Made by a program: the position numbers and the translations under genes | Shown: piece after piece, positions 10,382 to 19,800 of the stretch | How positions within the stretch are numbered: position 1 is the first letter of the stretch | Layout of the letters: every line of letters begins with the position of its first letter | Notes under the pieces: generated by a model | The model's input: only the letters and a program-made list of their open reading frames with translations | The model's database searches: none | Told to the model about the DNA's origin: nothing | Source of the DNA: Candidatus Hydrogenedentota bacterium | GTDB lineage: Bacteria; Hydrogenedentota; Hydrogenedentia; Hydrogenedentales; SLHB01 | Direction: 5' to 3' | Length of the DNA stretch: 64,000 nucleotides | NCBI GenBank assembly: GCA_963674865.2 | Contig: CAXXYE010000004.1 | Coordinates: forward strand, 160,001-224,000

Positions 10382-10692
10382 ACCGCGTTCTCTCTTCGCT
10401 GCAGGACGGTGCCCGACGGTTTTCTCGCCACGAGCTTGTTGACTGGGTGGGCGTGGGGAGGGCTGCCGGGATGCTGATCTTAGAACACATAGCTTCGCTC
10501 CAGCAGCGGCTCCCAATCCGAATAGTACGTGAAGATCTCGCCCTCGCGAAACAGGCCAACGCAGAATGCTTTCATATCCTCCGGCGGCGGAATGGCGTCC
10601 GTGAACACGACAATACGAACTTCCTTACTAGGCTCGCCGAAGGTCGGCGTATCCAGAGCCGTGTACGCTTTCTCCCAGAACGGACGTGACAT
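10378..10692 (-). pseudogene. Remnant of a TehB-like SAM-dependent methyltransferase (internal deletion plus premature TAA)
   Basis: MSRPFWEKAY...FGEPSKEV joins directly to IVVFTD...GLFREGEIFTYYSDWE; after TAA at 10480-10482 the frame continues DQHPGSPPHAHPVNKLVARKP to a TGA overlapping the next ATG; no SAM-binding GxGxG motif. Confidence 0.6.
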
Positions 10693-10841
10693 GGTGCGCC
10701 TCTCCTGCCAATCTGTGCGCCGCTTACATGAAGCCGACACCCAGGACTGCCACCTTGAGGAAAGAACTCCCCTAACCCTCCCCAGCGTACACGCCAAATC
10801 CCCTTGCATCAGAGTATTCTGGCTAAAGGTCGAACAGGGGC

Positions 10842-11648
10842 TCAGGTTGTCGCATCCCAAGAACGCCAATGCCCGTCGAACATCCAACTGTCGCGGCTGT
10901 ATCCGTAGATCTCAAAATCGCTTCTGTAGATTCTGTATACACGATCAGCCAGTGAACGATCATAGGTAGACGCGTGCGCAATCTGCGGCGTCTAGTTAAC
11001 ACGCTCGGATAGACCGGCGATCAGTTTGTCGGGAGCCCTGAGTTGGCACAGGACGCGTCCGAAATCTTCCTGGAAGGACTCAAAGCGTCCAACGAAATCG
11101 TAGTCGATCACGTCGGGAGTCAGGGAACTTGTCTGACTGCGCCAATGGGCGTCTCGCTCCGAGTCCGGCGTCTCCTCGACGTAGCGCACAAAGTCGCGAA
11201 AGGCCACAATGCCCGCCGGCTGCCCGTCGCTTAGAGGATAGTCGTTGGCGCGTCGTATCTCATTTCTTGCGTATTCGTACTGCGGGTCGCCCCACATGAT
11301 CTTGGACTTGTAAGCCGAGAAGAGCCGGAAATAAGGATTGCGCACGAAGCAGAACCGGAACCACTTCCCCGAAGTGAGCATTTCGACAGCTTCAGCGGCC
11401 TGGAAGTCGGTCAGCTTGGGTACGAACGTGTGGCCGGGAAGCTCGCGGTGATGAATCTGGCCCATATCTTCAGGTACCGCATAGCCATCCAGTTGGTGGA
11501 GCACAAGCTTGATTTTCGTACAGGCGTTCTTAGGAATCGACATGTAGATGTACTTGTGTTTGGGCGAGGCCCAGCAAGGATAGGCGAGATTGCTGTGAGG
11601 GTCACCCTTGTGTTTCTCGACAAACTCGGCCAAGTCGCATGTGCGCAT
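10842..11648 (-). pseudogene. Sulfotransferase family 2 gene interrupted by an in-frame TAG at 10992-10994
   Basis: IPKNACT, FVRNPYFRLFSAY, DAHWRSQ and YDFVGRFE motifs; 49 more codons after the TAG encode the expected C-terminus (YDRSLADRVYRIYRSDFEIYGY). Confidence 0.8.
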
Positions 11649-11794
11649 TGCGTCTTCCTCTGCGGTGTTTGATCATTCTGATTGATATCTCGCTGACGGC
11701 CTACACATTCCTATCTATCAAGGCGTCCATTCCCAATGCCATCCAACCCAAACCAGCGCTCCCCATTTGACGGTTCCCATCTGATCCGGGTCAA

Positions 11795-13264
11795 TTACTC
11801 GGACAGAACGCCGCCATCTACCGGGCGCGTTCCGCCAGGGCCTGCCCCCTTCTTCACGTCTGAAAGAAGTTCGGACAGTTCTTTGACCACCTCAGGAAGC
11901 TCGGCGTATAGGTTCTTTCTTTCGGCGATGTCGTCCATGACGTTGAAGAGTTCGCCGGGGAGGTCATGCCCCGTGTAGCCGCGTTCGTCCTTGAACCAAT
12001 CGGGCTCGTGGTTGTCGTCGCCGGTGGGGGCGTCGATGAACACCCAGTCGCCTTTGCGGATGGCGAAGCGCCCGGAGCCGCTATGGTGGACGGCGAAGGT
12101 CCTCGGGGACGCACCGGACGAGTCTCCTCGGAGCAAGGGCAGCACGCTGACGCTATCTTCGGCGGCGCCCGGGGGAAGGGGCGTGCCGAGGATATCCGCG
12201 CAGGTGGCCATGAGGTCGCTCAGGCTGGCGAGGCCGTCGCATTCGACGCCCGGCTGCGTCACGCCGGGCCAGCGCGCGAGGAAGGGCACGCGGTGGCCGC
12301 CTTCCCATGTATCCCGCTTCAGGCCGCGTAGGTGAGCCATGCTGTAATGGCTGTGCTCACGGATGCGCTCGTAGGCCGAGTTTTCCGGGCCGTTGTCGCT
12401 GGTGAAGATGAGGAGCGTGTCGCCGGCGATGCCTTTCCTCTCCAAGGCGTCCATGACTTGGCCGACGGCCCAGTCCACCTCGCACACGAAGTCGCCGTAT
12501 AGGCCGGCTTCGCTCGCGCCTTGGAAGTCCTCCGTCGGGACGATGGGCTCGTGGGGCGCCGTCAGGGGGAAGTAGAGGAAGAAGGGATCGTCGCCGGACT
12601 CCTCGATGTACTTCACGGCACGCCGGGTGAGTTCGGGCATGACGGCTTCCAGTCTCCATCCTGGCGCCATGGCGCCGGGGTGGCCGAACATCTCCTGGGG
12701 CTTGTCTTCGGTGGGCTGGCTTACGAGCCGGTCTTGCTCGAACCATGTGTAGGGCGGGAAATTCGGCACATCCTCGCCGAAGTAACAGTCAAAGCCGCAA
12801 TCGACGGGGCCGCCCCGAAGCGGCTTCGTGTAGTCGATGTTCTTTCCGAGTTCGTACCGGGCCGCCGCGTCCCACACGCCGTATCCGACGCCCTTGTTGG
12901 CCGGTTGCCCGTCCTTCGTTTCCCAGTGCCAGCCCAGATGCCACTTGCCGATGCACGCCGTGTGATATCCCTGCTCGCGCAGGAGTTGGGCCACGGTGAA
13001 ACGCTCGGATTCGATGAGAGGCGGATCCCACGGCCAGAGGACGCCGCGCTTGAGCCGCGTGCGCCAGGAGTAGCGCCCCGTGAGGATGGCGTAGCGGCTT
13101 GGCGTGCAGACGCTCGAAGGGGCGTGGGCGTCGGTGAAGCGGATTCCCTGTGAGGCCAAGCGATCCAGATGGGGCGTGGGAATTCTCGAGCCGGGATTAT
13201 TGCATCCCGTATCCCCGAAGCCCATATCATCCGCGAGGATATAGACAATGTTTGGCCTTGCCAT
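11795..13264 (-). CDS. Arylsulfatase (formylglycine-dependent, family S1)
   Basis: MARPNIVYILADDMG, CTPSRYAILTG, GKWHLG and SDNG motifs; start re-placed at ATG 13264. Confidence 0.93.
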   Translation of the reverse strand: MARPNIVYILADDMGFGDTGCNNPGSRIPTPHLDRLASQGIRFTDAHAPSSVCTPSRYAILTGRYSWRTRLKRGVLWPWDPPLIESERFTVAQLLREQGYHTACIGKWHLGWHWETKDGQPANKGVGYGVWDAAARYELGKNIDYTKPLRGGPVDCGFDCYFGEDVPNFPPYTWFEQDRLVSQPTEDKPQEMFGHPGAMAPGWRLEAVMPELTRRAVKYIEESGDDPFFLYFPLTAPHEPIVPTEDFQGASEAGLYGDFVCEVDWAVGQVMDALERKGIAGDTLLIFTSDNGPENSAYERIREHSHYSMAHLRGLKRDTWEGGHRVPFLARWPGVTQPGVECDGLASLSDLMATCADILGTPLPPGAAEDSVSVLPLLRGDSSGASPRTFAVHHSGSGRFAIRKGDWVFIDAPTGDDNHEPDWFKDERGYTGHDLPGELFNVMDDIAERKNLYAELPEVVKELSELLSDVKKGAGPGGTRPVDGGVLSE

Positions 13265-13289
13265 CACGTCCCTCTTTTCACGGCGGCGC

Positions 13290-14687
13290 CTACGGCTGTA
13301 TGTCGGCGCGCGTGCTCCAGAACGCCTTGCCCGTGGCGTGTTTGGCGTCGTCCCACGCGTCCCGCAACGCCAGCAGCCGGTGTCGCATGTCGCGGACGAG
13401 CGGCGCGGCTTCCTGTGCGTGAACGCGATCATACATCTCGTGCGGATCTTCAGATAGGTCGAATAGCTGCGTCGCGCCGCAGGCGTATTCGATGAGTTTA
13501 TGGCGTCCGTCCGTGACGCCTCGAATGCTGTCAGCGTACGCCAGGTAGAGGACATCGCGGACGGCGTGCTCTGCATCGCTCAGGCAAGATGCGAGTGAAT
13601 TGCCTTCGACAGACTCCGGCGTGTCGCCCCCGGTGAGGTCGCACAGCGTGGGGAAGATGTCCAGGAGATAGACGAGGGCGTCCCGGCGCGCGCCTTGGGG
13701 AATGCCCGGGCCGCGGAGGATCAAAGGTACGCGGACACTGTGATCGTAGAGATTCTGCTTGCCCATCAGGCCGTGCCGGCCCACCGCCAGGCCGTTGTCG
13801 CCTGCGAAGACGATGAGCGTGTTGTCGAGTTCGCCCAATTCACGGAGCACGGCGGTGAGGCGGCCGAGCGCGTCGTCGAGGTGGGAGATCATGGCGTAGT
13901 ACTCGGCAATGTGACGCTTGACCTCCTCGGGATCACGCGGGAAGGCGGCGAGGAGTTCATCACGGATGCGCAATGCGCCCGTGTCGATGAGGTGCTCGGG
14001 GGCGAAGCTCTCCGGCAATTCGATCTTCGAGGGGTCATACATCTTGAGAAAGCGCTCAGGCATGGTTCGCGGGTCGTGCGGCGCCATGAGTGACACATAC
14101 ATGAAGAAGGGCCGGCTGTCCTCCCGCTGCGTCAAGAACGCGTGAGCAGCGTCCACGAAGAGCTCCGTCGAGTGTTTGCCGGCGGTGACGTGGTCGCAGG
14201 CCCGGTAGCGGAGGGCGTTCGAGAAAGCCGGGTCGGCGACGAAGGGGCACCGCGTATCATACCGGCCCGAAGGATCGAAGTGATAGGCGGGGACATTCCA
14301 GTGGTCACCCATGCCGCCGAAGAAGATATCATCGCCCGCGTCGAAGCTTCGCGCAAAGGCGGCCGTGCCGTTGTGCCATTTGCCGGTGCCGAAGCAGTTG
14401 TATCCGCGTTGCCGGAAGTACTCGCCCATGGTGGTGTGCTCTTCCGGTATATCCTGCCCTTCCCGGTCGATGTGGAAGAGCGTGCGCCCGGTGTGGAGCA
14501 TGGCGCGGCTGGGCATGCAGACGGCGCCGCAGGTACCGCCCGGGATATGGGCGCGGGTGAAGACTGTTCCTGTGTTGCAGAGGTCGTCCAGGTTCGGCGT
14601 CGCAATCTGGTTGTTGCCGAGGGCATGGATGGTATCGAAGCGTTGGTCGTCTGTGAAGAAGAAGAGAACGTTCGGCGTGTTGCTCAT
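13290..14687 (-). CDS. Sulfatase (choline-sulfatase-like, family S1)
   Basis: PNVLFFFTDDQ, CMPSRAMLHTG, GKWH, PHDP and GDNG...GKQNLY motifs; GGAGG RBS before ATG 14687. Confidence 0.92.
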   Translation of the reverse strand: MSNTPNVLFFFTDDQRFDTIHALGNNQIATPNLDDLCNTGTVFTRAHIPGGTCGAVCMPSRAMLHTGRTLFHIDREGQDIPEEHTTMGEYFRQRGYNCFGTGKWHNGTAAFARSFDAGDDIFFGGMGDHWNVPAYHFDPSGRYDTRCPFVADPAFSNALRYRACDHVTAGKHSTELFVDAAHAFLTQREDSRPFFMYVSLMAPHDPRTMPERFLKMYDPSKIELPESFAPEHLIDTGALRIRDELLAAFPRDPEEVKRHIAEYYAMISHLDDALGRLTAVLRELGELDNTLIVFAGDNGLAVGRHGLMGKQNLYDHSVRVPLILRGPGIPQGARRDALVYLLDIFPTLCDLTGGDTPESVEGNSLASCLSDAEHAVRDVLYLAYADSIRGVTDGRHKLIEYACGATQLFDLSEDPHEMYDRVHAQEAAPLVRDMRHRLLALRDAWDDAKHATGKAFWSTRADIQP

Positions 14688-14819
14688 GGAGCCTCCCCAA
14701 TTCTGAGGACACTTGGCTGTGTTGGGTGGAGCATAGCCCATGACAGAAACCAGCGCAAAGGCGTCGTTGTTCAGCCTGGTTCTGGAGCCGGTTGGCCAGG
14801 TGGGGGAGGCGGGAGCGTG

Positions 14820-15221
14820 TTATCCGGGCGAGGCTATCGCCCCACCCTGGGCAGCACAGGCGGAAATGGCTTCATCCTCACGTAGCCACGCCAGTGCGTC
14901 TTCGCGTTGCCTGAACAGGCGCATCGTAGGTGTGTACTTCATCATCTCGGTAAAGGCCTGAAACATCCTGCCCAATCCGTAGTCGACATCCTTGCTGGCG
15001 ACGCCGGCGGTTTTCCCCCCATGTCTGTTCTTGGCTGCTCTTGAAACGTATTCCGCGATGCTTTGGACTTGTGCTCCCGAGAGCTCGCCGAGCGTGCCAT
15101 CGGTGAAATCCCACAAGACGTGGAGGCTCGCTTGACCGGCGTAGAAGGTCTTCAGGCTGTTCATGGCCTGATCCAGTGTGACCGCCCCCTCGACGGTGTG
15201 GATGGTGAGCAACCCGTCCAT
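14820..15221 (-). CDS. Small STAS/SpoIIAA-like hypothetical protein, probably frameshifted near its start (original ATG 15246)
   Basis: LWDFT, GKTAGV, YGLGRMFQ and FRQREDALAWL pattern; an upstream ATG with RBS lies 25 nt away, out of frame. Confidence 0.65.
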   Translation of the reverse strand: MDGLLTIHTVEGAVTLDQAMNSLKTFYAGQASLHVLWDFTDGTLGELSGAQVQSIAEYVSRAAKNRHGGKTAGVASKDVDYGLGRMFQAFTEMMKYTPTMRLFRQREDALAWLREDEAISACAAQGGAIASPG

Positions 15222-15620
15222 TGTGACGCGTGGTGTGGATTGGCATCGTAGCAGCCCTCACTTCCGCTCATGCATAACGAAAACGCGTGCACTTGCCCAT
15301 GAGCCCGAGCCGTCGCTTATCTCACTAACACCCGTATGGTTATTATACGCCAAAATCGAATAAAGTGCGGCTTTTTCTTTGTTATCACGCGCCGGCGTTT
15401 TTTGTAAGTGCCTGTGGAAACACTTGTTAAGCGCTATGCGACATCCCGCCGTTGCCCGAGTTGCGGGTGATTGGACTGCCTCATGGCGGCGTTGGCGGTT
15501 AGAAGAGCCCTCACCGGCTATCCCCGTTGATGACGGGATAGGATGCCTGTATGATCTGAGGAAGGCGTGGACGTGTGTTAAAAGTATGAGCGCCGGGAGT
15601 GATGCGGAAGGGAGACGACA

Positions 15621-16568
15621 ATGAATTACGTGCCGTTTGCGGGGACAGGCGTCCGTGTGTCGGAGTATTGCATGGGGACGATGACCTTCGGGAATGAAGC
15701 CGACGAGAAGACTTCCGTCGCGCTCATGGATCGGGCATTGGAAGCCGGCATTAACTTCTTCGACACAGCAAATGTCTACGTCAAGGGTGTCTCGGAAGAG
15801 ATTGTGGGACGGTGGCTGAGGGGACGCCGCGAGGAGATCATCCTGGCGTCGAAGGTGCACCAGCCGGTTGGGCCGGGCCCGAATGAGCGGGGAAGTTCCC
15901 GGCGGCATATTCTTATCGAGGTGGAAAAGAGCCTGAAGCGGCTCCAGACGGACTGGCTGGACATTCTCTATCTGCACCTGTGGGACGAGGAGGCCGCGCT
16001 CGAGCAGTCGCTGGCGGCCGTGAGCAACCTTATCGACCAGGGCAAGGTGTGTTACTGCGCGGTGTCGAACTTCTCGGCCTGGCAAACGATGAAGGCCATT
16101 GCTGCCGCTGAGGCAGGGAATCTGGCCCCCATCGTGTGCATCCAGCCGATGTACAACTTGGTGAAGCGACAGGCGGAAGTCGAGATCCTGCCGATGGCGC
16201 TGTCGGAAGGGATTGCCGTATGTCCCTACAACCCGCTGGCGGCCGGTGTCCTGACGGGCAAGTATCTTACCGGCGAGAAGGGCCGTCTGGACGAGAACGC
16301 TATGTACAAGGAGCGTTACAAGGAGCCGGAATATGGGGAGGTCGCGGCGCGCTTTGTCCAGTTTGCCAAAGGACGCGGTGTGTCGCCCGCGGCATTGGCG
16401 GTGGCGTGGGTGCAGTCCCATCCGGCCGTGACATCGACCATCCTCGGGGCTCGGAACATGGCGCAGCTCAATGATACGCTGGGGTGTCTGGACATTGCCC
16501 TCACGCCTGAGGAACGGGCGGAAATCGCCTTGTTCTCGAGGACCCCGCCCTTGGCTACGGATCGCTAG
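15621..16568 (+). CDS. Aldo/keto reductase
   Basis: GTMTFG, FFDTANVY, SEEIVG, SLKRLQTDWLD, SNF and YNPLAAG motifs. Confidence 0.93.
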   Translation: MNYVPFAGTGVRVSEYCMGTMTFGNEADEKTSVALMDRALEAGINFFDTANVYVKGVSEEIVGRWLRGRREEIILASKVHQPVGPGPNERGSSRRHILIEVEKSLKRLQTDWLDILYLHLWDEEAALEQSLAAVSNLIDQGKVCYCAVSNFSAWQTMKAIAAAEAGNLAPIVCIQPMYNLVKRQAEVEILPMALSEGIAVCPYNPLAAGVLTGKYLTGEKGRLDENAMYKERYKEPEYGEVAARFVQFAKGRGVSPAALAVAWVQSHPAVTSTILGARNMAQLNDTLGCLDIALTPEERAEIALFSRTPPLATDR

Positions 16569-16676
16569 ACTGCGCGGCGGCGCCTCAATAGCGAACACCG
16601 TGCGGACCATCGAGCCAGTAGCCTCGCAGGCCCCCATTGTGCGGCAACCTGCTCAGGGCCGGCGAACTCATAACCT

Positions 16677-16705
16677 TTGACGAAATCCGACTTTAGCTGT
16701 ATATA
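16677..16705 (+). promoter_or_regulatory. Putative sigma70 promoter for the large surface protein
   Basis: TTGACG-N17-TATATA in an AT-rich patch. Confidence 0.4.
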
Positions 16706-16834
16706 TAGATCGAGGGCTATTTATATTGGGTTTGAGGATTGACGGCCGCCCTATGCCCGACTGAGGGGGCCTGTGCCGAGAGGGCCTGAAAGGGGACGCG
16801 CGGCCGGCCAAAAGAGAGCCGTGGGGAACGAGCC

Positions 16835-19800
16835 ATGAAAACGGCGAAGATGGGGGCATTTCTCGGGGTCCTGGGGCTTTTTGTCGGGCACTTGGCCTCT
16901 GCCCAGATTCACGTTGATGTGAATAGCGATGCCACCACTCCCGACGGCTTGAGTTGGGATACCGCGTACACGACCATTCAGGAAGGCATTGACCACCCCG
17001 ATGCGACGATCTATCCTGTGTGGGTGGCCGAAGGAGAGTACGTTGAATCCATTGCGCTAAAGAGCGGTGTCAAAGTATACGGAGGCTACCCCAAGGGGGG
17101 GGGCACGCGCGACACAGCGGCCAACGTAACGATCATCAACGGCAATGGCGCCTACCATACGGTGACCATAGGGAGCGGCGCTGCGGCTATCACGAATGCC
17201 CTTGTGGATGGATTCACCATTAAGGGAGGCAACGCCGACGGTACGGGCGGTGCGGAATCCTATTACGGCGGCGGCGTCTTCTTCGAGAACGCCGATACAA
17301 CCAACGGACTCGCCAACTGCCTTATCGAGGGCAATCAGGCTGGCTTCGGAGCGGGCATCGCCTGCTATGCTGCCGCCTCGCCGCTGATCTCGGACTGCAC
17401 GATCAACAGCAATGTCGCCTCGATAAGCGGCGGCGGCCTGGCGGCTTTCGGCACGTGCGCGCCGGGCGTGTCGCGGTGTGTTTTCGCCGCCAATAGTGCG
17501 ACGCAGAACGGGGGCGGCGTCTACCTATCCAACGGCGATCAGACGCTGAGCAACTGCATTTTCGACAGCAACGATGCCGCACAGGGCGGCGGCATGTACT
17601 GCACGACAAGTTCCGGCGCCGCCGTCACCCAGGAGGTCCGGCATTGCACCTTCTACGGCAACACCGCAGGCGAGAACGGCGGCGGCCTTTTCTGCGCCTC
17701 TGCGATGCGGGGGAAGGTCTTGAGCATTGCCAACTCGATCTTCATGGGCAATGGGCAGTATGCCGTCTATGAGGCGCCCGATGCCGATCTCGAGCCTAAC
17801 ATCGTGAAATGTCTTTTCTATGAGAATCCCGACGGGGACTATTACGACTCAATGACGGATGCGCAGACGGGCGCCGACAACATTAACCTGAACGTGACGG
17901 GGGCGCTGAACAATCTGGAAGGCAACCCGCGCTTTGTGGATGCCTTGGCGGGCGACTTCCACCTGCAAGACGGCTCCGTGGCCCTCGAACGCGGCAGCGC
18001 GGACTGGGCCGTTCCTGTGGATATCGATGGAGAGGGGAGGCCCGGCAACGACGGACTCATCGACATTGGCGTGGACGAAGCCGATGCCCTGACGGCCCCG
18101 GCTGACGCAACGGCGCCGGTGTCACGAGTCAGGGGGCTGCCCGCTGCGACACCGGCAGCGGTTTTCAACGTGCCCTATCGTGTGTCCGACACGGCGTCAG
18201 GCTTTCAGTACGTCGAGTTGTACTATCGCTACAACGGCGGCGCATGGACAAAGTACGGGGGGACTTACGCGGACAATCCCATTTCTTTTGACAGTGCTGC
18301 GACGGGGGGGGACGGCCGGTACGATTTCTACACCATTGCTACGGACGAGGCCAACAACGTCGAGGCTGCTCCTGCCGAGGCCGACGACTCAACCGTCGTG
18401 ATCACAGCGTTTGCCGGCGCCACCGTGTACGTGGATCAGGACGCCACAGGGGCCGAGACGGGCGCGTCCTGGGCCAACGCCTTGCATGAGATTGGCGCCG
18501 GTGTCATCGTGGCAATTAACTTCGGGGCCGACCAAGTCTGGGTGGCTGAAGGAACCTACTCCGAAGCAATCACCATCGACGATATCGTCAAGGTCTACGG
18601 GGGCTTCACCGGCGTCGAGGCGGATCTGGTTTCGCGCGACCCCGTGGCGAATGTGACTACGATCGATGGTAGCCAGGCTGACTACGGCGCCCCTGCCAAG
18701 CACGTGGTCTATCTTGAATACACCACCGACTCGTGGCTCGATGGCTTCACCATCACCGGGGGCCAGGCCGACAGAGGCTTCGAACCGGACAACGGAGGCG
18801 GGGGAATCTACTGCGATCAGGTAGACAACACGAATACCATCGCGCAATGCGTGATCTCCGACAATGCGGCCGCGCTGAGGGGGGCAGGGGTCTGCCTGAT
18901 TAACGCTTCTCCCGGCATTGTGGGCTGTTCCATTACGGAGAACACGTCTCAGGGGTCGGGCGGGGCCATTTTTTGCCAGGACGCCAGCCCGGCGTTGACG
19001 AATTGCGTCATCGCTGCGAATACGGCGGTGGGGCCGGGCGGTGCAATTCACTCAGGCCATGATGCGTCGCCAACCATCACCAATTGCTCTATTTGCGACA
19101 ACACGTCTTCGGGGATGGGCGGCGGGTTCTTCTGCGGGAGCTACAATCCTATCAGCCCCGTTATTACTAACACGGTCTTCAGGGGCAACGCAGAGTACGC
19201 CATTTGCCGAAGTAACGAGGGCGGGTCCACTCCGAACCTTCAGGTTTCCTACTGTTTGTTCTACTCGAACCAGTTCTACGATAGCGATCTCGGCGCCGAC
19301 CAGCCTGGGGACATCTACGACGCCTATGGCGCCGCCAATCCCTACGCGGGGGCGACGGACGTCAACGGCTTGGCCTGGGCAAGCGATTGCCTAGACGGCG
19401 CGCCGGCTTTCATAAGTCTGGCTGCCGGCGACTACCGCTTGCGCTACAACTCGGCGTGCATCGATGCCGGAGACAGTGCCACCGGAGGATTGCCGGACAC
19501 GGACGCTGCCGGTAATCCGCGGATCGTCAACGGCCTGGTAGACATCGGCGCGTATGAATTGAACGATCTCACGGCGCCCGGCGTCGTATCCGTGCTGCGC
19601 ATGGACCCGAGTCCGACGACCTCCGCCACCGTGCGCTTCAGCGTGACGTTCAGTGAAGAAGTCTCCGGCGTGGATGCATCGGATTTCGCCCTTATCGCGG
19701 CAGGGAAAGCCCTCTCAGGCGCCACGATCCAATCTGTAACCGGAGTGGGCGACACCTACACGGTGACGGTAAGCACGGGCACCGGCGAAGGCACGCTCCG

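Noticed and set aside
13265..13576. N-terminal extension of the 593-aa sulfatase ORF
   Set aside because: Overlaps the upstream sulfatase; the family N-terminus begins at ATG 13264
16770..16830. c-di-GMP-I riboswitch-like GAAA...GGACGC upstream of the surface protein
   Set aside because: Lacks the GGCAAA and GCAAAG conserved elements and a convincing second stem
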